A stretch of 61,875 nucleotides of DNA, filler included, from Choristocarpus tenellus KU-1152 (Eukaryota; Protista; Phaeophyceae), in assembly GCA_964200185.2 (NCBI GenBank). It is 11 parts of 11 records of this genome, joined end to end, with 100 filler letters (N's around TTAATTAATTAA, not from the genome) between each part and the next. Parts side by side here need not be neighbours in the genome. Positions count along the whole stretch, not along the records: positions 35,275 to 39,353 come from CAXNAD020016328.1; positions 39,454 to 44,975 come from CAXNAD020010536.1; positions 45,076 to 48,290 come from CAXNAD020021478.1; positions 48,391 to 57,219 come from CAXNAD020004285.1; 7 more parts are not named here. The stretch is one strand, 5' to 3'. The translations under genes and the position numbers were made by a program. Position 1 is the stretch's first letter. Each line of letters starts with the position of its first letter. This document shows positions 38,222 to 48,858 of the stretch, piece after piece. Below the pieces are notes generated by a model. That model saw only the letters and a program-made list of their open reading frames with translations, did no database searches and had not been told where the DNA came from.

Positions 38222-38898
38222 CTAGTGTGTGCGTGTGCGTGTGTGTGTGCACAGATTTGTTAGTTTTGAAGATTGTGGTTCTAATAGTTTTGAAGGTAGT
38301 GGATGGTAGAAGCAGTACAGTAGCTGAAGCACCAGGATGTCTAGGATCATTACTCCAGGAGGCCTAGGTAGACAAAAGTGGCTTGGTGATGTGTTCTAAT
38401 TCAAATCGATTGGAGATGCTCCGCCGCCGATCGGGGGGCTCACTGACCTGCACCTATGCGAGTTCTCGATAATGAATACCTTAGGTGTAAATTCAATGCA
38501 ATGGATAATGAACACCTTAGGTGTAAAAATTCAATGCAATCGAGGGACGCAGGGAAATATTGATTCTTTCGGGCATGTATATATATGTATATATTTATAT
38601 ATACATATATACATATTTAATTTTTTTTGTTTGGACAAGAAAAGGTATATATAGAATTGATGAAGTGAACGGAACTCTATGACTTTGAAAGAAGTTAAAA
38701 TGGCGGTGTGAACTATCGAGTATACCTTATACCGTCATTGGTATACGCATGTATATTTGAAAGTATTGAAAGTATACCTTATAACGTCATACATATACCG
38801 ATATGCCAATCTCCGATTTGTAAAAAAAAAAAAAAAGTCACACAAAACTGATTTCTTGGCTATATTCACTTCTCTGATTCTAGCGGACCGAAATGCAC

Positions 38899-39225
38899 GT
38901 ACTCCCTCTCTGTCCCATAAAAGAGTCTGTGCCTTTACGCATGTACCTCTTCGGGATGACCTCCGATTTAAAAAAAACAAAAAAAACAAAACAAAACGGA
39001 TTTTTGCGTTGTGGATTCCTCAAAAAAACAACTACACAACGTGAGAGATATATTTGAAGAATATAGGAAGGTAAAGGTCTGGGCCGTGTCGAAACATAGG
39101 CTACTCACTATACTCATCTTACGAATAATTTATTACTATATTATTATACACACTCCCTCTGTCCCATATCAGTATGTGCCCTTAAGCATGGAACTCTTCG
39201 GGACGACCTCCGATTTTTAAAAAAT
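38899..39225 (+). repeat. Two copies of a ~70-bp repeat starting CTCCCTC(TC)TGTCCCATA (Stowaway/mariner-MITE-like end)
   Basis: 38901-38970 and 39152-39218 are homologous; no matching opposite TIR on the contig. Confidence 0.45.
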
Positions 39226-39259
39226 TTTTATTTATTTTTCCGCATAAGAAAATCTTTTT

Positions 39260-39331
<72 letters not shown>

Positions 39332-39974
39332 CCCCCAATTTTTTTCCTTTTTTNNNNNNNNNNNNNNNNNNNNNNNNNNNNNNNNNNNNNNNNNNNNTTA
39401 ATTAATTAANNNNNNNNNNNNNNNNNNNNNNNNNNNNNNNNNNNNNNNNNNNNCCGACCCCCCCCCCCCAGATACTTTGACCCTTCAACCACGGAAATAA
39501 GGGTGAATTACGAAAGATGAAAAAGTGGATTAAATATAAAATGGTTGAAGTCTGGGTACCTTTTTCTTTGGCTCAAAAAGATGCAGGAAAACTGACTGTA
39601 CACGCACCTCCAACAACTGGGAAATCATTCTCCTCTTCTGTCTCCACACGCTTTCTCCTTCGCTGTCTTCTTCTGACTTTTTTCTCTCCTGCTTCAGATC
39701 GCGATCTATATGGTTCTGTGGGTTCGAGTAATGATCTATGTTTTTATTGAAGCTGGAGACAAGTCAGGTAAATAGAAAAGGAGTACGAAGGAGAAAGCTC
39801 CGAGACAGAAGAGTAGAGAAAATCTCACACCACCAATATTGCTGGACGGTCAGAGTTGACAATTACCACAAGACACAAGTTTGATCGCTCTCTGTCAGGG
39901 TACCAAAAAAAAAAATTGTGGGCAGAAGAAACCGATGATGGCACATGTATAAATTATTACCCCTTCCAAGCTAA

Positions 39975-40245
39975 TCAAGTGGGTGACGAGCTAGGGAAGC
40001 ATTACAAGAATCTGACAAGCCCCTTCTTACCCGTCTGTTTGGTGTCTCTAGCTTGGAACTCATGACACCACTCGAGAGAGCCACTTATGTGCTGACGACG
40101 AACACTATTTGTCGTAAGCGGGATTTGACAGTCCTCCACGTCATGTGTAGTCAAAATATATATATATACTCGCTTGCCGAGCTGCCCAAAACGTTCCACC
40201 TCGAAGGGTGTTGAGGTTAAAACTACGAGGATCAACAGAATCTTC
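39975..40245 (-). mobile_element. CRE-like LINE 3' remnant
   Basis: SVDPRSFNLNT / FEVERFGQLGK (frameshifted) followed by the same gatgcttccctagctc-type 3' motif. Confidence 0.65.
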
Positions 40246-41312
40246 TTAGTGGGTGCGTTTTCGCACCTGAGCTGTAGTAGGAGCTACACCATTGCTGGTG
40301 GATGGGTGTGGCAGATAGGAGGCTGTTTGCACTTCTGGAAATGCAATATCCTGAAAGAGGCCTTTGTCTTGGTAAGGACCCAATCCACCAGACATACATT
40401 CAATAGATCTCTTTATACTTAGGCGATAGATTGTTATACTATTGTTGTAATTTAAGATATACAGACTATGCAAAGAAGTATGGTATCAGTAAAATATATT
40501 CCCAAGTCAAGACTGTTTGAAACGAGAACTTTGCTGATTATCAAATGCATTTACTACACAATAATAGGCAAAAATCATTTCATGGCATTATGGGATTTGT
40601 TCTGCGCTCCTGTGAAGGTCACAAGAAGGCCCTTCGCCACTAAGACAAAGGTGATAGCTAACATTTGTGGACCAACGACGACTAGGAGCAAATCTTATGT
40701 CCAGCATTGCTACCAATAGTGTACTGCCCAATAACGGGTTGGGAGGCTTGATGGTTTTAATAAAACGGGTTGTGAATATATGGACCACTCTAGTTTACCA
40801 AATGCATTATGTATCTAAGTTCGAAAAGGTCTAATAGGACCCAAATCCCTATATATACACACACATAGTAATACACGTATAATATTACTTTAATTTTGGG
40901 GGTTAGGGTTAGGGATTGGATTACCGCCATTTATATGTTATTGCGTTGGATATAAAAAAAGGGATATGGCTACTTCCAGATCGCTTGAGTCCTGTTTCAA
41001 GAAGAGATAACAAAGAATTTAGTACTAGACAGGATTAGTGTTCAGCAGCTGTCGCAAAGTCTTCGTTAGAGTGCATACATGCTTCCGTAGACAACTATAA
41101 CGGTATAGCTCTGTTGAAAAAACGTAGGGCTGGTCTTGAGAGAGCAAAGCGAAATTAAAATCAAAGCAACATAATGGTGACTTTGTTTGGGGGGCGCTAT
41201 TATCGCTTGTCTAGAAACTGCGTGTAAAATGCAAACTACAGTTTCTCCCTCCCTGAAGAGGAATCCTTTGCGCGAATTAAAAAATTCCACTTGCCCTTCC
41301 AATAAATAAAAA

Positions 41313-41728
41313 GAGTCAAACCAATTGAGAGGTAGGCAAGGTTGCCAAAATCAAGCACAATTAGAATTGATCAAGTAACTTACTCAGTTCCTAGCAGGTT
41401 AATTGGTTATAACTTAAGAGCGTATATCTATCAGGGAGAAATTAAGTTGTACTATGGAACTCAGTTAGTTTGTGAGATGCCTAAAATAGATAAATCAAAG
41501 ACTTTTTTAGGATGCCTGGAAAGGGCAAGAAGACGCCATTATGTACAATTCCGGTAAGAGCCTTGTTGAATTGTGGTGTTACTTTGTGTGTGGAAAGGGG
41601 GAATCTCAATTTTGTGCACACTATGGTGCACATGAAGCAACGAAATAGTGTATATTGCACATGGTAAGAAATATACCTTAGAATGCAAAAGGGTCCAAAC
41701 CTGCCTGCCTCTAAATTGGCTTGGACTC
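41313..41728 (-). mobile_element. MITE family B copy (GAG...CTC) carrying a ~155-bp insertion
   Basis: TIRs GAGTCAAACCAATTGAGAGGTAGGCAAGGTT / AACCTGCCTGCCTCTAAATTGGCTTGGACTC; flanks AAAA / AAAG (imperfect 4-bp TSD). Interior 41501-41728 aligns with the reverse complement of 53819-54040. Confidence 0.85.
41346..41500 (+). pseudogene. istA: Fragment resembling bacterial IS21-family transposase IstA (C-terminal beta-barrel)
   Basis: Stop-free KSSTIRIDQVTYSVPSRLIGYNLRAYIYQGEIKLYYGTQLVCEMPKI carries the 'STI....YSVPSRLIG..l...iy....i.lyyG' IstA signature; roughly 32% GC by hand count. Confidence 0.8.
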
Positions 41729-43963
41729 AAAGTTTATTCCCACAACATGTGTTAGGTATTTTTCTTTGGGGCACATTTTGACCCTCCTGGCCTAACACCC
41801 ATATTAACAGGGCCAGTCCAGTTTAAATTGACTTTTCCCCCATGGGTGTCAATTATTTAACATGGCCAGGTCGTGGGGAGGCCCAGTACCAATATGTTCT
41901 GACAAGACCCGTCCATAGGTGTTAACTGTTTCAATACGTCGGTCATGGCCTAGGCCCTGGCCATGGTAACGGTACAAACTGACTAAAATCCCTGAAAAAA
42001 TGGCTATTCATGACTGGGTAGCTGGCTACATGTGTCGTTGAAGCGATGTAATCTGCTCAACTACAAGCTGTTTGATATCTTCAGATATCAGGAGGATCAA
42101 CTAAGGGTACCCTGAGGCATCACTTAGGGATACTCGGCTTTGGTTGCTCCCACACAGAGTAGGAGAGTATTTCTTGACGGTATTTGACTTGGCCTGCCCT
42201 TGTTACTCTCAGGAAACTGAATGTTGTTTATTGTCAGCTGGCACTGTTTTTCTCCCTCTATCTGCACTCAATGTTTGCATTGTGATCGTGTTGCTCTTGA
42301 GGCGTGGTTGAGTGTAATTTGTGGTTGTCTCGACGAGAACCAGTTTGCAATCCACTCTCTCCTGCCACTCGAAGCATCAACAAAAAGTGAGGGTAACATT
42401 CAAAAGTCTACGTGGGTCCGTAAGGGTAAGGACTTCCCTTAATCGAGCCTTCCAATAAGTACAAGACATGGTTGGGATGAAACCTGTGGGATATGCACTC
42501 TGTTCAACACAACCAGGAGGACCGAGTTGGGAGTGTGCCCTACACATTTTTTTTTTCTTTGTTCGTATCTGGTCTTCATACGAACATCAAGCATGCTTTC
42601 TTTTACCCCCTCTGGGTGCCCCTTGCAACAGCACCCTCTTGTGTGTCTGGTCCCTGCACCGCATGCCACAAATAGTTTGTCTACTATTTGTCCGTACAGA
42701 ATTAAACGCACTGAGACAAACAAATGGCAACAATCCTGTTGAGCAATAGTAGTATTATTACATACTGCTGTGTCTCACATTTGCCAACCATATTTGACTA
42801 CTGATGAACTTCGGTGACTAAGATGGCGTACTGCAGGCCTCTCTCATAAGTCCAAATATGTATGCAGGTAGCAAAGGGGAGTTGTGCGAGGTAATATAAC
42901 TGTGATTGCCAGAACAAAAAGAACAGCGAGTGTGTTCTGGGGGGAAAGGTTAGTAGAAGAACATGCGTCACCAAGCTGTCACAGTGCTTCAGCACACCAG
43001 GATAAAAGACAGGGAGGGGGAAGGACCGCATGTGGACTGCGCTTGGGGGGAATGAGGATTTTCCCGCCACCTAGTAGCAGTCACAATGATTCAGGAGCAC
43101 TATGAGAAGAGGGGTATAAGGGGGTTGTGCCTGAGTAACAGGGGTGACTTGTGCCACACAGGTGCCTATCCTTACCTGCCATGTAGAAAGAGATGACCTA
43201 CTTCTAAACGTACTTACATGGCTTCGACCTTCAACACGGACTTTGGGTTGGCAATGAAGGCAGGATGAGTTAAGTTTGTCCAACATATAAAATACGTGAT
43301 TGGACCAACCATTCCCTCATTTTTGAATGGCCTCCGAAAATTTATGATAAATATCTACCACCCTCCTTGATGCATCTTCGTTTTGTGCGTGGGTTGGTGT
43401 TTAGGAGTACCTATCGTGAGAAGGTTACTTCTACATTCGGAGGGTCTGTTTTGTGGTGGTGAGGAGTGGGGAAAGAGGATAGATTTTGTGTGGTGTGTAT
43501 GGGAAGACATAGATTTGTTGATCCATAGAACAGGTCAATCGGCCCGATACGATTACAATTCAAAATACAAATTACACAACTCTAAAAAATGTAGAGAAAA
43601 GAATGTGGTTTGATCTGTGATCCGTTGCAACGTTGTAACTGGTGTCACTTTCAAACGTTTTATCCACAAATAACTTAACAATCAACACAACCGCATTTAC
43701 CTCGAAAAAATTCGGAAAAAATCCAGTACAAAGTATAGACCGCTTCATTTCATGAAAAATGAAGTAGTTCGGGATTCTGTTTGAGGTGTAATCATTGATT
43801 GTGTGTGAATATTATACAGGGGTTGGGCGTTGGGTAAATGTCGCCTAATCACCAATAGTTGGTAGGGGATCTGTAACCTGTTTGACGTGGAGGGAGTGAT
43901 ATTGGGGGTGTTTCTCTCGTATCAAAGTTCTTGGGGATTTGTTGAGGGGTAAGTATTTACAGA

Positions 43964-44912
43964 ATGGGGGGTGAGGTGCTGTTTGGGGGTGTAGTTGTTG
44001 CACCCCACTGTGTCAACAATGAAGCGGAGAAGCCTATTAACAACACTCGGCAAGGGAAGACCCCTTTGTTAGCGAGGGCCCGCTTATCCTTTCGTTCGTT
44101 GTTCCCGAGTAAAAGGTATGTCAACAGCGTTGAACTCGAAGCCATGTGCCAGCATTTTCTTACCCGTCTCCACTCCCACTCCACATTTCACGGTGAAATG
44201 TTCCTTCATGGCAGCCGTAGCCACAATTCGAACGGGGACGGTATTCTAGTACCACTTCTCATATGAAGATTAGGTTAATATTTGTTTGCTTCTGTCGTTG
44301 CATACAAGACTTGATGGTAGTGATGTGGTCTCTAATGTGCAGATACCCCAAGAACGCGACGTCCAAAAACCATGGCATTCAAGCTACCCCACCATCCTCT
44401 GAAGCTGGAAACATTGAAGGGAGCGGTGGGTTTGGTGGTGACACGCCGAAGGCAAATGCCACCGAGTCAAAATGTGCATCGTCCTCACCTCCTGATGAAG
44501 GTGATCAGCCAAGACAGCCTCTCAGCAGAACTGGAATAGCAGCAGCTCGGACCGTAGCCAGCGCGAAACACGCCTGTCGACCAAGACTCAGGCCAAAGGT
44601 TAAGGTGAGATAAGTTTTGGTTGTTTCCCAATATTTTATTAGGCGGGCATTAATTTTCTCTCCTCCACAAAGGTAGTCTAGTTCATTCGCTATTGAGTCC
44701 TTTGCCTTTCTTTTTCATTCCTCAAAGATTTGGAAATATGAATACGCTTTACTGGACCCTCTAGTGTGCATTTGATTTCTTTAGGTTCTACGCCATATCT
44801 AATCTCTCCCTGTCCTGTCCCCATTTGTTGATCTGGACAGTCAGCGCAAATGAAGTACATTCTCCTTTTCTCTCTCCAGCAGAAGTTGGGAAAATTTCTT
44901 GACGACCAACAG
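43964..44912 (+). CDS. 5' exons of an unidentified spliced gene
   Basis: An exon ending AAAAG|GTATGT (~44116) joins in phase to 44343-44605 (..RPRLRPKVK|GTGAGA), then a polypyrimidine/CAG acceptor at ~44879 (QKLGKFLDDQQ). No family recognised. Confidence 0.4.
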
Positions 44913-45075
44913 GTAGAACTGCAAGGTGTACCATTGGTCAAAAATATCAATATCCTTCCAATCCCCCCCCCCCCCNNNNNNNNNNNNNNNNNNNNNNNNN
45001 NNNNNNNNNNNNNNNNNNNTTAATTAATTAANNNNNNNNNNNNNNNNNNNNNNNNNNNNNNNNNNNNNNNNNNNN

Positions 45076-46438
45076 GTAAAGGATAGGAGGGCAGGGGATT
45101 TGATGAAAATATTGGGGGTGTTGGGGATAGCAGGGGAATGGTTATTCGCAGCGGAACACGTAGCGGGTAAGCAGAATGACTTAGCAGATGGCATTTCAAG
45201 GTGGAAGAGGGATGAGATTCAACTTAGCCTCCAACGTATTTGCCCACGCATTGACTGGCAGGAGCAGCCCCTGGGTCGGGAAGGGAAGATGGTGTGTTTG
45301 AGTGCCTTGCAGCAGTGTACGCCAGAGGATCGGTTGCACCATCTACTCAGAAGTGCTATGAAGCAGCTGGGGACCAATGGTCTGAGTTCCGCACATATAG
45401 GGGATTGAGTAGGTGGTTAGACCCTGGGAGTAGAGAGAGATAGAGGTTGTAAAGGCCCTAGCGGAGTTCATGTGTTTCTGTTGTGGAAGTAAGGGGAATC
45501 AAGTAAGTACAGTGAAGGGTAAGATAGCAGCAATCCAATACTACCATAAACATTTCCTCAACTTACAGCTTCCCACACAACATTTCATGATCCAATCTGT
45601 ACTCAAAGGAATAGGGAGGAGTCACACAAAGGAGGAAGCGAGCCCAGGAAGAGGAGACCTCTAACGTGGAGAATGATTGTAGAGACAAAGCAATGCACTG
45701 AAATGTTAGGTAGGGAAGGTAAATTGGCAAGGCTAGGTCTGGGTTTCTCGCTCTTCTTTCTAGCTAGAGCCTCAGAATTGTAGGCCTATGACGAAGGGGG
45801 AGGAGTTCATGGGGATTTCGCTGTAAGAAGGAGGGACGTGGTATGGAGGAGGGGAGTTAAAAGATTAAGTTGGGAAGAGAGACACCAGGAAGAAAAACTA
45901 GAGTAATATTCACAGGGTCAAAAGGGGACCAGGGTAGAAAAGGAGCAGTGCTGACAAGATATAAGGTAGGGAAGGAAGGGGGAGAAGAAAGTATGGGAGG
46001 ATGGGAAGTAGTTATGGATATTACGGAATGTTTCCCAGAACCCCCCCGGATGCCCCTCTGATGACATGTAGGCAGGAAGGGGGATAGAGAGTGATTACGA
46101 GGGGCCAAGCAACATGTGTTTTGAGGAGGATAGCCAAAGAACTTAGGTTAAGACCAGAAGAGTATGCCTTGCATTCGGGTAGGATAGGGGGAGCCACGAG
46201 ATTGGCAAGCAAGGGAGTATTAGAATTAGTAATACAGCGGGAAGGAAGATGGAAGTCGAGGGCTTTTATGATATATGTAAGGGCAAACCAGAAGGACCCA
46301 GTGTCAGTGTCAAAGGGCTTGGCAGAGAGTAGGAAGGATTGGGTACAACCAGGTCAGGAGGTAACGGGGATGAGATCAAAGAAATCAACCCCGAAAGGGG
46401 AGGGGAGGTCAGGTTACGGCGGGGTAGATGTCTTCTAG
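45076..46438 (+). mobile_element. DIRS/Ngaro-type tyrosine-recombinase retrotransposon, 3' part, decayed
   Basis: RNase H end AEHVAGKQNDLADGISRW; overlapping YR frame SVAPSTQKCYEA..W..F, FFLARASEL, GSKGDQ, YALHSGRIGGAT, IQREGRWKSRAFMIYVR (catalytic R-K-H-R-W-Y). Several stops and frameshifts. Confidence 0.92.
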
Positions 46439-46759
46439 CTCAAAGGCACGGTTTGAAGTGGATCATGAAGGTGTGTTCTTGGATGATTGTGGAGTGGTGT
46501 TGAGTGGTGTCAGAACTGCTGTGGGGTTGAGGGGAGTGGTAACTTGTGTGGGTTGAAAGGATGTCTGCCAATCAGTGACGAAGGGCATTCGCACTGGTTG
46601 GTCATCAAATGCGGGGATGGCTGGCAATTATTGACGAAGGTCAGTCGCAATGCTTGGCCATCAAATGGGGAATAGAGAATAGAGGAATAGAAAATTAGGA
46701 ATGAGCAAATAATAATAATATCCAGAATTCGTGAGCAAAACAAAACTAATGTATGATGT

Positions 46760-46877
46760 AGGGGGTATCATAATAAGTAAATATAAACAGTCAAGAATAC
46801 CAAAATATATCAAATCTAAAACTTCCAGGTCAAAATGGTGTTTATGAAGCCGCCATCAAGACATAACGCCTATAACA
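46760..46877. repeat. Dispersed ~120-bp repeat, possible LTR edge
   Basis: Homologous to 61433-61547 (aaatcta..acttc.aggtca..atggtgtttatgaa.ccgccatc.agacata..gcct.taaca). In the second copy the minus strand reads GGGGGCA-TGTTACA (PPT-like tract plus TG start). Confidence 0.55.
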
Positions 46878-47278
46878 GGGGTCTGTAATAGCTTTCCTCG
46901 CAATGTGTGAGGGGAGATGTGACATTGGATTGAACAAGCGTTCAGGGAGCACATGGAGGAAGCAGTACATGTAAGGTTGCAGGAAGGATCCCAATAATTG
47001 ATTTGCGGACAGCGGAACTTACAACAACCTGATCAATCGAGTGATGACAGCAAAGGGGCTCACTACTTCCACGTCTGGCTCTTCCTGCTACAGAAGCAGA
47101 CATAGAGTGGATGTTCTCAACTGCTGGAATTATTGTGGCCTCGAAATGGAACAGACTACACGCAAAACATGTGCAGTCCCTTGTCTTCCAATTGCAACAG
47201 CTGGATGACGGTGGATGCACAGCAGACTACCAAGAAAGGCAACAGAAATAAAATAACCTGAAGACTGTAGGAGGAATG

Positions 47279-47538
47279 GAGTGAAAGTATCTTAGAGGGT
47301 ACGAGATTTGCCCTGTTTGTCCATTTGGGGGTTGGCTTCCCATTTTTTTTTTAAATTACATTTTCCTACTCCAAAATGTTTAAGCGTAGATAAAATGTAT
47401 ACGTCATGAAAAGGTGTGTCCGAAACATAGATATTGACACTTCCTAGCTAACACGTCAGCCAAAATTACATCAAAATCACAACATTGGATTTTGACCCGC
47501 AAAAGGACACGGCTCTACCCTCTAAGATACTTTGGCTC
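47279..47538 (+). mobile_element. Complete 260-bp MITE, family A (Sola2-like)
   Basis: TIRs GAGTGAAAGTATCTTAGAGGGTA / TACCCTCTAAGATACTTTGGCTC; perfect 4-bp TSD AATG. Confidence 0.93.
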
Positions 47539-47681
47539 AATGTGTAGCGACAATACGTAACTATTACCTACATATACAGACAAGAGATGTAACAAACGTT
47601 GAATATAAAATATTTCATTCAATGACCTCTTCTTGACAAAGCTTCAAAAATCCCTTGTTCTCTTCACAACATAGATGTAAA

Positions 47682-47941
47682 GAGCCAAAGTATCTTAGAG
47701 GGTAGGGCTGTGTCCATTTGGGGGTCAAAATCCAATGTTACGATTGTGATGTAATTTTGGATATTGTGTTAGTTAGGAGGTGTCAATCTTCTTGTTTCGG
47801 ACACACATTTTCATAACATACACATTTTTCCTATTCCAAAACATTTTGGAGTAGGAAAATGTAATAAGAATACACCATGGGAAGCAAAGCCCCAAATGGA
47901 CAAACAGGGCAAAACTCGTACCCTCTAAGATACTTTCACTC
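47682..47941 (-). mobile_element. Complete 260-bp MITE, family A, inverted
   Basis: Same TIRs in opposite orientation; perfect 4-bp TSD TAAA. Confidence 0.93.
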
Positions 47942-48228
47942 TAAAAGTCTCTCGGACATCATCACATCGAAAAGTGTATCTAGTCGGCCAGAAGAGAGTT
48001 CGCAAATGAAGAGTAAGTACCTCCAGAAAATATTTCGCCTCTGGCAGGGTCCATGACTAGCTAACCAGGCAGAGGACCTTTTTTGGCTCGCCCAATGCGT
48101 GAAGCGCATTGCTTGAATATGATCTAGTACGTAGAAGCCGATTTAGTAATAAATTTTGAATTCACAACGCAAAAGAACATGAACGAAGGATGCAGGAAGA
48201 GAAACTACTCCCTCTTTCCCAAAAGTCT

Positions 48229-48290
48229 GAGAGAAACTATCTTAGAGAGTACGAGTTTTGCCCTGTTTGTCCATTTGGAGCTTGGCTTCC
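48229..48290 (+). mobile_element. MITE family A copy cut by contig end
   Basis: GAGAGAAACTATCTTAGAGAGTACGAGTTTTGCCCTGTTTGTCCATTTGG matches the 47279 left end. Confidence 0.88.
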
Positions 48291-48390
48291 NNNNNNNNNN
48301 NNNNNNNNNNNNNNNNNNNNNNNNNNNNNNNNNNTTAATTAATTAANNNNNNNNNNNNNNNNNNNNNNNNNNNNNNNNNNNNNNNNNNNN

Positions 48391-48570
48391 GTGCATATAA
48401 CACACAGTACGGACATGGTGCATATAACACACAGTACGGACATGGTGCATATAACACACAGTACGGACACGGTGCATATAACACACAGTACGGACATGAC
48501 ACTTATAACACATAGTACGGACATAGTGCATATAACACACAGTACGGACATGGTGCATATAACACACAGT
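48391..48570. repeat. 27-bp minisatellite, ~6.5 copies
   Basis: (gtgcatataacacacagtacggacatg)n at contig start. Confidence 0.97.
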
Positions 48571-48858
48571 GCACCTTACAACACTCTAGTCCAAAACATA
48601 CATTCGACGCGATTAATTCACTATCCTTCAATTGGGCTGGGGGCCATCCCAACCCGTGGTCAAGAGGCTCCGCAAACTGCACTTCTTTATACCAAAACTG
48701 GGGCCAATGTCACTCCCTCCGTCAATGCCTTTGCTCCTCGGGCATCAGGTTCAGCTATTCCAATGCCATCACTCTGCTTCCTCCTCAAATCTGTCACTGA
48801 TTTCACACCCTGCACAGGCGGTACCTACACCCCGAAATATCGTAGACCCTCCAGTCAC

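Noticed and set aside
39260-39353. ~70-nt poly-T run
   Set aside because: At a contig end; length unreliable and no linked retrocopy identifiable.
41180-41302. Minus-strand GQVEFFNSRKGFLFREGETV resembling a cold-shock domain next to the loaded MITE
   Set aside because: Only a short motif matches; the DVFVH strand is missing and there is no ATG. Could be chance; a profile search would settle it.
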